NCBI GenBank assembly: GCA_002633005.1
Contig: NMRA01000464.1
Span: 124,001 to 188,000, forward strand
Length of the DNA stretch: 64,000 nt
DNA from: Phoronis australis
Lineage: Eukaryota; Animalia; Phoronida
Reading direction: 5' to 3'
Shown: one piece after another, positions 28,805 through 39,108 of the stretch
Numbering within the stretch: position 1 is the first letter of the stretch
Layout: the number at the start of each line of letters is the position of its first letter
Notes under the pieces: generated by a model
Told to the model about the DNA's origin: nothing
What the model saw: only the letters and a program-made list of their open reading frames with translations
Database searches by the model: none
Made by a program: the position numbers and the translations under genes

Positions 28805-30208
28805 ATTCATGAAAATACAATACGCTATCAGCAATCTTTGTTTTCTACTGCTAATTGGGCCACAAACCAACACCATGAAAATCTCTTTAATGCCAAAAAA
28901 GATACAAAAGTACCCTTTAAATTATTTTTTTAGAGTATTCAATAACAGAAAACAACTAAAGGCTTCAATGAGATGGCTTGAAGAGAATTTGCAGAAGACT
29001 AGAGCGTGCACAGCTGAAAACCATCAACTTACCTTGAAATTACCATAGACTCCTTCTAACTTAGGGGGCCAACTGGTTCTTGCTCCTGAAACTGATGAAA
29101 CAAAATGAAACACATTGCACACTGACCAACAAAAACCTACATAATGTTATTAGGTTAGACTTGACAAGACTTCTGGCGCATCTATGGCATAACATAGTTC
29201 ATCAGATTTTGTAACTAAAACACAATCGAAACTGCCAATAAAAGTGGGAGTACATCTTATCATAGTGATGATCTCTTCAAGTAAGAGAGCTTGGACAGAA
29301 AGTCACCACGAAAATGCGTGTGCCTTCTACCAAACCATAGTAAGGCGAATAACTTTTGCGTAAGCTTAGAGTGCCATATGAGTACAATAAAATCTCACCA
29401 ATTTAAAAGGGGACTGTAGTCAAAATAATGTTGCAGTTAATCAGTTCCAACATACAAATAAAACACATTTGCCCGACTTGCGCGCCAAACAAAAGCCAAT
29501 TCGTATTCATGGTCAAAACACTGAATCCTGAAAGCGATCGTCGATTGGCTGATGTGTCAGTGATGTGAATGGCGGGGTATCGACTGCTTTTCACATTCAT
29601 TGCTTACGTCATATTTTGAAGAGTTTACATCGTAATTTATCATTGTATCAATCGTCCTTATTTTTTATTGTTTGCAACAGTGCTGTAAAAGGTTCGCCAG
29701 CCTTTTTGTATGGCACCTGGTTGTTCAAACTCTTTGAAAAAGGTGTCTTCTGAAGGGATGATCATCACATACCATCGCCAGGTTACCCAAGCCTTGGCCC
29801 AAAGCTGTACTAAATATAGGCCTACAGGTTTCCGCCGATATGGATAAAAAATGGACAAATAAAATCTGACTCAAAATTAATGTCACAAAAACTAATCTCA
29901 TCCTTGAGTAAACCTAGGAGCAAAGTTCCTAGAGTAAACTAACTTAGTAGTGATTTACCAGTGTCGGAAAAGTTAGTGATCGTTAATCAGCCGTTGCTAA
30001 AATTGTGATGCGTTCTCTCGAGTCGGCTTTTTGCGATTACGTCACCTGACCTTACCAGTTTCTTTTCCCCAATTCTTTTATCAAGTGTTCTTCGCTGCCG
30101 GCACCTAGGTTGCGTATTGCGTACATGTCACAACAAATTCTCGGAACTTAAATTTTTTTACTATTTTTATGCCAGCAAACCCAATTTTATAACAAACCTT
30201 GGTGCTGC

Positions 30209-30621
30209 TGTTGTGAAGTGTGACTTTCGGTTATCACGACACGTACACTCAGATAAGCCTCTCTAAGCCGCTTGCCAAGTGGCAATTGCCTCTTGGCCGA
30301 ATGGTTTAGATGCTTGTGCAACCCAGGTTCAAGTCCCGGTCATCACGAAATTTTCTACATTGGCGCCCAACTAAGGAAAAATCCATGACTAACCCTGAGA
30401 TTAAGAGCGGCGGATGGAGAGGGTGCGACCTGGTACTGGTGGATTCAGAACACAAAAGAGAGCATTGCTGAGGTCGAATTCCAGGACGCTAGGGTGTTGC
30501 TGAGATCTAAAAGCCAGGGAGCGCGCCTGTTCCGCGGAAGGGGAAGTAGTGTTGTGAAACGTGACTTCCGGTTGTCACGACACGTACACTCAGATAAAGC
30601 CTCTCTAAGCTGCTTGCCAAG
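30209..30621 (+). mobile_element. TRIM (miniature LTR retrotransposon) with a tRNA-like sequence in the LTR; 3' LTR truncated
   Basis: 5' LTR TGTTGTG...CTACA at 30209-30359, PBS TGGCGCCCAAC at 30361-30371, PPT GGAAGGGGAAG at 30536-30546. The second LTR (30550-30621) repeats the first ~71 bp with ~6 differences. A box TGGCCGAATGG (30294) and B box GGTTCAAGTCC (30326) lie inside the LTR. Confidence 0.85.
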
Positions 30622-31844
30622 AATACATCAAGTTTTATCAAGAATATTGACAAAATAAATATCTGCTTTTCAGCTAAAATGTACAAAAATTAGCATACTT
30701 GGTTAAACAGGTCCAATAAAGACTTGCAGAAAAGTGCTTTGTCTCGTAAGGTAGTGTGTAGGAGACTACAAGAATGGCCGAATTTGGATAACTTCATACT
30801 TCAGAAACAACTCATCGGATTCATATGCAACTTTCACACTCTGTGTCTTATGCACTATTATCTAAAACGCAGCTTGGAATTGTTTTTAAAATGTTCCACT
30901 TTTGCAAAAGGAGCAATTAGAAAATAAGACTTGTAATGAAAAACAAACACTAAAGTTGCATAAACCGAAAACAAAATAATTTGGAAAACTATAACAGCCT
31001 GTTTGAGACTTCACGATGAACATTTATATCAAATGAAATTTGGTCACATTATTGATACCGTCGTTTTGTTACCAATATACAATCTTAATTTTCTGCTTAA
31101 TTTTATTACAAGTACATTGTTACGACTTAACGGTAGATCGGCAAGAAGTTTAAAATCAAATTCTACAAGCTTACTATTTTCAGAAAAGATATACTTTTAC
31201 TGAGTTAAAATCTACAGTTTTCTAGTACATAAGCCAACACTGTATTTCTTGCAGGAACAAAGAAGCTACCTCAGGAGTCAATTTGCAATTCTGTTGTCAA
31301 GTCAATGATGTATTAGCCTGTATATATGTCATTACTCTGTACAAAACATGACTGTAGCATGAAACAATCAGGAGAAAAACACCAGTGAAATCATTTAATT
31401 TCACACAACTCAAGCTGTTCAGTCACTTGCACTGAAGCGCCCTCTTGTAATGCTGAAGTTGAAATGGTGTTGGAACACTTTCAACAATGAATAATAATCT
31501 TTCTAATTAGGACTGTGGGAATTTGTTATTAACAGGAGCAAGGCAGAGTTTCGATAAGCACCCATGTGTGCACCGCATATAGCATATATATATATGGTAT
31601 ATACACCGGATGTTTACTATTTCAAACATTCCCACTAAACGGAGCAATACTAGTAAACTTAAACAGCCTCTAGGGAGTGCACAGCAAGTCAGTAATGCTC
31701 TCCTCAATAGAATCACACCAGCTGCGAAGGTAAAAAGTACTCGGTCTGGCACTAGGAACACAGCAGTTTATTTAGATACGTCCAAAAGTCTTTGTCATCC
31801 ATCGTCGTTCATAGAAATATACTTGCCAAATTTCACAAAGATGG

Positions 31845-32205
31845 TTTAAGGTTATGCAGGACCTTATTGAAAAGTCTGTATATTTAGCCAAATATCTCCA
31901 AAATTATAGAATTTAGCAAAAGTAGATACCTGAAGAAATTTTGTAGAGTTTGATTTTTGACTTTATACCAATCTGCCACGAATTAGGTCATGTGACTTTA
32001 CTCTTTTAGGAAAAGTTAGTAAAAAGGTAAATTCATAGCAAAATAACAGGATCAATAACATGACTAAATTTTATACGATATAAATATTCAAGATAAAATC
32101 TCAAAAATCACGGTTTTGTTTTTGTTCTATGCAATTTTAAAATGTTTTCACGAAAATCATATCAATCCTATTTTTGATCGCCCCTCATGCAAAAGTGGAA
32201 ACTTT
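31845..32205. repeat. Old MITE fragment of a TTAAGGT-starting (Kolobok-like) family
   Basis: Starts TTAAGGTTATGCAGGACC. TCATGCAAAAG.GGA and TTTAGCCAA blocks recur at ~23270-23460 and ~54785-55180. Confidence 0.5.
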
Positions 32206-32289
32206 AAATAAAAACAAATCCTAAGTGTTTTAGAGAACGGTGTGTAAAGCATAATATACCAAAGTTTCCACAGTGGTTAAAATTGTCCA

Positions 32290-32800
32290 AAAATCCGCAG
32301 CGAGCCATGCTCTTCCCTGTAAGAACACATGTACCAATTTTCATGACACTTAGAGTGGTTTGGCCAATAAGTGAGAAGGGCGTCAAAAAAAAAAACAACA
32401 AAAAACAACAGACTCAGAAATAATAAAAATGGCCACTAGAAGGCGTACACTACGTCAAATCCGTCTAAAACAGGGAGGTTTCATCACCTCTATAAGTGGA
32501 AGCATACCAAATGGGAGAGGATAACTGAAAGACCCATGGTCACTGTTTACGCCACCAAATTACCACCCTCTTTTAATTTTGGAAGTGGAGAAACCATGGA
32601 AATTATGTCAATTGGTTTTCTAGTTATCGTCATGTAATGATTTTGGTAAGGAATAACTTGTGAAAAGTGGCCACTAGGGGGTGCTAAGGCAGTTGAATCC
32701 TCCAGAAATCCGACTGGAGCTGGTGCATCCCCCTCACATCCCATGTCAAGTAAGAAGTTTCATAAAGACCCATCAATCACTTGTCCGTAGATGTGAACAG
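32290..32800 (+). repeat. Fragment of the same CCACTAG-monomer family
   Basis: Shares CCAATTTTCA..TTAGAGTGGTTTGG, CAGACTC...AAAAATGGCCACTAGAAGGCG (32433) and GGCCACTAGGGGGTGC (32671). Confidence 0.7.
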
Positions 32801-33810
32801 AAAAGTAGTTTAGTCACCAAGAGAGACATTATTGAACAATAAACTGGACACTAGCCAGTACTAAAATGGTCAAATCTGTCAGAAAATCAGGGATCAGCTG
32901 AAGTAGTGGAATCCATCCTGTGACAGTGCACTTCTGCCATACGCACCTGTGTAGTTTTGTTAAAACCTGTTTTGAAAAACCTGTCGCCTGGGCTATGGCT
33001 CTGTAAAGAGATAAAAATGGCCACCACATCACCATCTTGCTTTCAATTTCAATCAAAAGCAAAAGGTTTTGAGCTATGGCAAAAGAAGAGGCGGCACACT
33101 CCATATAGATCTTGATGAGATCTCCTTACACCCCATGTTTCAGAAAGATCTGCCAAGGGACTGGAAAGAGAAAAATAAAAAAATTGCTACTACAGTGCCA
33201 CCTTGCATCTGATTTCAGTCAAAGAAAGAGGCATTAAGACACTGAGGAGACCTTTGTCATTTGCAAAGAAACAAAAATTTAAACATTATGATAGAGCAAG
33301 ACATGGCATATAAAGCTTCATCAAGTACCAATGTATCTTATCCGGGTCATCTGCTTGGGAGCTAAATGTTTATTTATGGAAAAGTTCAGGCCTACATTGG
33401 GATGTAAATCGGATCAATAAATTCCCAATAAAAAAACACCAATCAATAATACCACACACCAAGAAGAAATCATCTGTCTGATCCTTTATTTGACACAGAT
33501 ATGCTTTTATAACCTTACCGGACCCCACAGGTTAACATTCGGCTTACTCAGGCCACCCCTAAAATTTCCAAATTCACACTTTTAAGCACCTATGTTCTGC
33601 TTACAGCTTACTTCCAAATTATACAATTGAGACTTTCTTAAAAAGTGCCCGGTGTCTGTAAATGCCGGTTTCATCAAAATTCCAGCACCAAAAAATATGC
33701 AACTCTTCTCCAATGACCCTGAGGCAGTTTCAGTAGAACTTACTCTGGCACCCATAATAAAACATCCGCATTTATTGTCTATTCTATTGTTTACTTGACT
33801 CTTGCATGTG

Positions 33811-34739
33811 TAGGCAATGACCATCGCCTCTGTTGGCCCGAACCAGAGGCGATGCAGAGGCTATAGGCGCTCTGTACGCCGGAAGCTTTTCGGCGAATTA
33901 TGCCTCGCACCGACTTAACCATCAAAGTCACGTTGTTATGAATACCTTTTGCGCATAGAGGAACACCTGAGGTGGTTGTCGATGTGTTTAATTCCTTCCA
34001 ACTCGGACAAATACTCACATTATCAAACTTTTTCTTCGAGCAGTCCCTATTTCAGTTCCCAAAATCGTGAACTCACCATTTTTATACTGCGCACGCTCCA
34101 ATTTTTACCGCGCTCGCTAGGTGATGTGACTTCACGACCTCAATCTTTAAATAGGCCAAAGGTGAGCCATTGCGGTCTTGTCAGTCAAATGTTCGTTTCC
34201 AAAATGCCACCACTTATACTTGTCTTTAATTGGCGTTACTTGAAACTGATTATATTTCAATGAATTATTGTTTGTATTTGATAAAAATAAATGCTGTTGA
34301 TATGACATTTAATAGTCTTTGTGCACATATTTGACATTTTAATGTTTAACAACACGGCAAATGCACGGCTGGTTTCCGGCAGGACGTACGCGAAGGGCAG
34401 GAACTTCAGCTTTCAAAGTTCGCCGGTAGGTCCCCAACTTCTGACCTTCGGCCTGGTTAAAAAAATGAAAATGTTGATTTCACGATTTTGGGAACTGAAA
34501 TAGGGACTGCTCGAAGAAAAAGTTTCATAATGGGAGTATTTGTTCGAGTTGGAAGGAATTAAACACATCGACAACCTCCTAAGGTGTTCCTCTATGCGCA
34601 AAAGGTATTTGTAACAACGTGACTTTGATGGTTTAGTCGGTGCGAGGCATAATTCGCCGAAAAGCTTCCGGCGTACAGAGCGCCTATAGCCTCTGCATCG
34701 CCTCTGGTTCGGGCCAACAGAGGCGATGGTCATTGCCTA
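33811..34739. mobile_element. Fold-back MITE with ~270-bp TIRs, TAG..CTA termini and 9-bp TSD
   Basis: TAGGCAATGACCATCGCCTCTG...CAGAGGCGATGGTCATTGCCTA, flanked by an exact TTGCATGTG duplication (33802-33810 and 34740-34748). Confidence 0.92.
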
Positions 34740-35349
34740 TTGCATGTGAAGCCTGATGCTGATGTAGCTTCCCAAACATTACACGATTGACCGTTCAGGT
34801 AAACACCCACCCCAACTTCTTAAAAATTTTGTTTTTTAAGCACCTACACAATATGCTGGGGTTTTTTGCAGCTTTGAACTAACAATAACCTCTTTCTCAA
34901 CTTCACATGAAGCTGACAGCATTGTTAAATAACTTGAAAAATGCCAATGTTTCTTCTGCTATGCCTCAAAAAGAACGCAAAAGTTTTGCTGATCTTGCGA
35001 GGAATGTGTGGTACTATGGTCTGGCATTTCAGAACAGACGCAGCATACTTGTCAACGGGATTGTATTGTAGATATTCCAGCCCTCAACAGGAATCCAAAT
35101 TTCTTCGTTCATGAGAAAACTGCAAATTGAAGACTAATGAAAAAACTCGACCAGTGTTAAAAGCACGAGGCCAGGAAGCGCGCACTACATACATGTACTG
35201 GCTGTCAGCAAAGACATTAAGTCGGGAACAATCCATTCATGAAACGGGTAGTATAGCATCGGCAAGAAATAAATATTGACACTAACTTCCAACAGTTTCT
35301 GATACCATAAAAAATTTTGTGTTATTTTTCAGAGGGATTGTTTGAGTAG

Positions 35350-36078
35350 CCATAATTGGTGTTTTTAAAGCCAAATATCCGATAAAATGACTACTGACAG
35401 TGAATGCTTACACACCCTTACACCGAAAAATAACTGTCACAGTCACATACGCAACCAGCCACACGGCGACTAATATGGGCCTTACCAAGACAATTGTCAA
35501 ACGTTTTTTAGCAGATGAGACCAGCAGGTGCTGAATGAAACATGCTCTACTTTCGGCTTGTGTACAATGCACATGTAGCTCGTTAGATTGCATTTACTCT
35601 GGCAAATGAACTATGGTGACACGCACGCACTCGCTTACTCACACAGGCAGATGAACTACAAAACAAACGTCCCGTGACAACAACATTTCCAGAGATTTTT
35701 TTCTCGTGCAACCCGGTAGGCCTACGATCATAGACGGCACGATCTAGCTCAGATTTGGACTTAACCTCCTTTAATCCCAACTCCACGGGAACTTAAAAAT
35801 CTAAAGGATGCTATTTGGAAAACTTAAGGAGGATTTCAGGTAATTTGCTTGAGTCGAAACTGTATTTTTATTCAAGTATTCAAGTTGCCATATCGACGAT
35901 TGCAAGGCAGTCAGTCGGCAAGTTTTCACCCCGGGACTTATGCACAATTTTTTGTAAAATGATTGTAATTTAACAGTAAATTTTGACAACATTGCACCAC
36001 AATTTTGTAGAAAGTCTGTCATAGGTTACAGATACGTCACAGAGCATATATATGGTGAATCTTAGCTTCCGATTTCAC
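35350..36078. repeat. Dispersed repeat, homologous to 19938-19995 plus 21095-21577
   Basis: CATAATTGGTGTTTTTAAAG..AAATATC.GATAAAATG occurs at both 19938 and 35352, and the downstream part matches 21095-21577. Confidence 0.75.
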
Positions 36079-37497
36079 CCGTTTTGGAAACCGGGTTTCA
36101 ACCGCATTGGGTTACAATAAGCGCCCTCCCCCGAAACAAATTTTTCTAAGCGCCCTGGGCGGTTATTAGGGCAAATACGGTATTCAATATAACAAACAAT
36201 TTTAATGAAGTAAGACTGCAAACTGTATCTGCTGCCCAAACTGTCACAATCATCAACCTGCCACAGTGTGTTCACTTTTCATGCACTGAAAATCATAATA
36301 CTTCAGAAACACATGAACATTGACACTAAAGTCAGACATGTAAGATGTAAACGTCTGTCAGTGATATCATGTGATAATTAGCTACTGACTTCATACGCTC
36401 ATGCAGCTTAAAACTGTGGTCTTTGACATCAGTCCCAGATTGTTTTACAAAAAATTACAAAAGATTGTGCTTCCAACATCAGTATGCACTATCAGAATTT
36501 GAAGGTTGTGACCAGTTTGGGCAATTCCACAAATCACAAATTGTCAAAACAAACAATTACAATTTGTGCTTTGAAAGTCTGAAAAAATGTTGCATCCTGA
36601 GAATTGACAGTTATGTAGTTGCCAGAATTTATGAGATGATATACATTTTTAGAAATTCGATTCCATTCTTTTTAGGATTTGGATTCTTTATATTGGATTC
36701 TTGCTTTCTAGATCAATTAATTTTTTTCTCAACTTACCACTAGTACCAATTTTAACAACAAAACAGTTCAATATGATAAGATTCCAACTAATAAATGATC
36801 CAGAGCTGTTTATTTGTTCAATATCTCAATAATACTCTTTAAAAGATACAGATAGACCATACCTTTACAAAACACTTAGTGACGAAAATTTGAACTAAGA
36901 ATCAAATCAGGTTCGACTGTTGGATTTGATTCACTTGTATCCGGACATTGTAAGTTAACTGTGAACTTCGTTTACCAGGTTGTACTCATGTGCAAATATT
37001 CTAAATTCTGTTAGCTGTAACACCTACAAAGTACATATTTTCTGAAAGCTGAATAAATTTCCTAACAAAATTTAGTTACTTGTCTTATTTTTTCCTGAGA
37101 TATGCGCTTTTTAGTGACTTTAAACAGAGATTTTAAAAATATCCAATCATATTGGTCTTTTGATAACACCACTTTCGAGGGAACCATCTCGGATATTTTA
37201 AATAAGTTTCAGTTTTTTAATTATCCACTTTTTAGAACTGGAATTACAGCTTTAACTATGGTCATCATTGTTCCAAGTGAAATCCCAAAGTCATCAACCA
37301 CTGACCTTTGAACCTAAACTCTGACCCCACTGCGAACTAATGTCATAAGATGGTGGCCTCCAGGTAGTTACTAAATTAGTACCACAGCAGAGACTAGATG
37401 GCTCCGATTTATTCTGGCTCCTAATTGGTCATAAGTTCCATCCACACACAGCCAACCCCAGAACAACTTAAACTGGTGCAACTTAATCCATTTTTAA

Positions 37498-38591
37498 AGA
37501 GTTCTCACCATGCATTTTCCTAGTTTTTGAGGTTTCAGTTATCTTACGTGAAATGAATACCACTAAATTGAAGTAAATAAGCACTTTTTATGCCAAATAG
37601 TCGCATTTTTTAATTTTGAAGAAATGATAGTTTTTTTCCAAGTTTCCCACCAAATGATGTAATGGGTAGAAGACGTTTGGTCACTTGACAATCAATTGCA
37701 ATGGTGCAACACAGCAGAAGACGAGGGTGATTTTGAGCGGAGAGGAGAGCATCACACGGGCATCACACTCAAGTACATGAAGCATTAGACAATGAATTCT
37801 CTTTCCCACGAACTTTCATCGGCTTTGAGGCCATATGAACTCGATCCACCTACACAAGAAATGCTGCAAACATATGTGAGCCACAACAAACTGAACCAAG
37901 GGGTGGTCATTATTCACAAAATTGACACTTCATAATCATTGACAAAGACCACAGTACACCTGGGTCACTTGTATTCACTATCACCATGATAGAACGAGCA
38001 CGCCACGGACTAAACGCAATGTAAACACATGAGCCTACGTGTCGTAGCACTCAATCTGGGCCGAGGTTGAGGCCTGGCATCACGGCACCCCAGAATGGAA
38101 GCAGTTTGTTCATTATTTAATTTGCAAAATTTACTTACAAGACGGCGAGTCCTTCATCGTAATGCCGCTTTGGCATTTTGTCGAAACGCAATTCCTTGAA
38201 ATGTGCTGAACAAAGAGTGGCTCCCGACTAAATCGCATGTTCCAAAGTGATACTCCACACTCTCAAGTTGCGCACAAACTGCAACTTTCAAGTACTTAGG
38301 AGGAAATTTGAACACACAGACGTTCTCAGTCAAGTTGCTGTTACTACAGCCTCCACAAATGCATCTTTTCATGTCTGAAAAAGGATGCTCTCCATGGACT
38401 TTCCTCACACCTCCTCATTATCGCACTGGTAAAAACAGCGGAGACGGTCTTCCACCCATTCCGTACAACCCCAATAACAGAAAAATATTTTTAAAAAAAA
38501 TTTTGGCTGGTTTCTTAGCAACAAGCTATTAAATCTCTTAATATGTATTAATAAAATTCTTTTTGAGACACAGGGTTATGGTGGGAACTCT
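37498..38591 (-). mobile_element. Kolobok-like non-autonomous DNA transposon with THAP-domain remnant
   Basis: TTAA|AGAGTTCTCACCAT ... ATGGTGGGAACTCT|TTAA (14-bp TIR with 1 mismatch, TTAA TSD). The minus strand at 38372-38150 reads MKRCICGGCSNSNLTENVCVFKFP.../QFVRNLRVW...*SGATLCSAHFKELRF, i.e. a THAP C2CH finger with a frameshift and a stop. Confidence 0.8.
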
Positions 38592-38622
38592 TTAAGTAAA
38601 GCGTCCACACACGCATGCCCAC

Positions 38623-39108
38623 CAGGCCTTTATGCAGCGTAAGTCCTGGGCGTCCAAATGTATGCCCTAGCACTGATCTGGAGGCCCTGGCAAGGATGCC
38701 CAATGTATCATTTGGATGCCCACTGTCAATAGGAACCTTTCAAGTTTGGACTCACACATTGTAATGAATACTAGGAAGCCTCTGAAAGCTCACAGTGGGG
38801 GCTCTTTTTCAAAGCAGGAAGAAATATACAATGCATATACAAAGTATATGCATTGTTGCTATTTTGACACTTGATTGACAGCATTGTAAAAGTCTTGGTC
38901 CACAGTTTTTTTTAGTAAAAATGCTCACCATAGAAGGCTGTTTATAAACTTAGATGTAAAAACCTTGATCTATGCACTTTTTGTAAAAAAATATGTGTTT
39001 GGGGGTATTGCTGCGGGTGGGGGGTTACGCGTCGGAATCATGGACGCCCTGGAATATTGGGAACCCCATTTTGGACACCCTATTTTCAAAATCCTGGATA
39101 AAGGCCTG
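38623..39108. mobile_element. hAT-type MITE
   Basis: TIRs CAGGCCTTTATGCAG / CTGGATAAAGGCCTG with 8-bp TSD ATGCCCAC / ATGCACAC (7/8). Confidence 0.8.

Noticed and set aside
30285-30350. Functional tRNA gene
   Set aside because: A and B boxes are only 21 nt apart, with no anticodon arm or 7-bp acceptor stem. It is part of an LTR.
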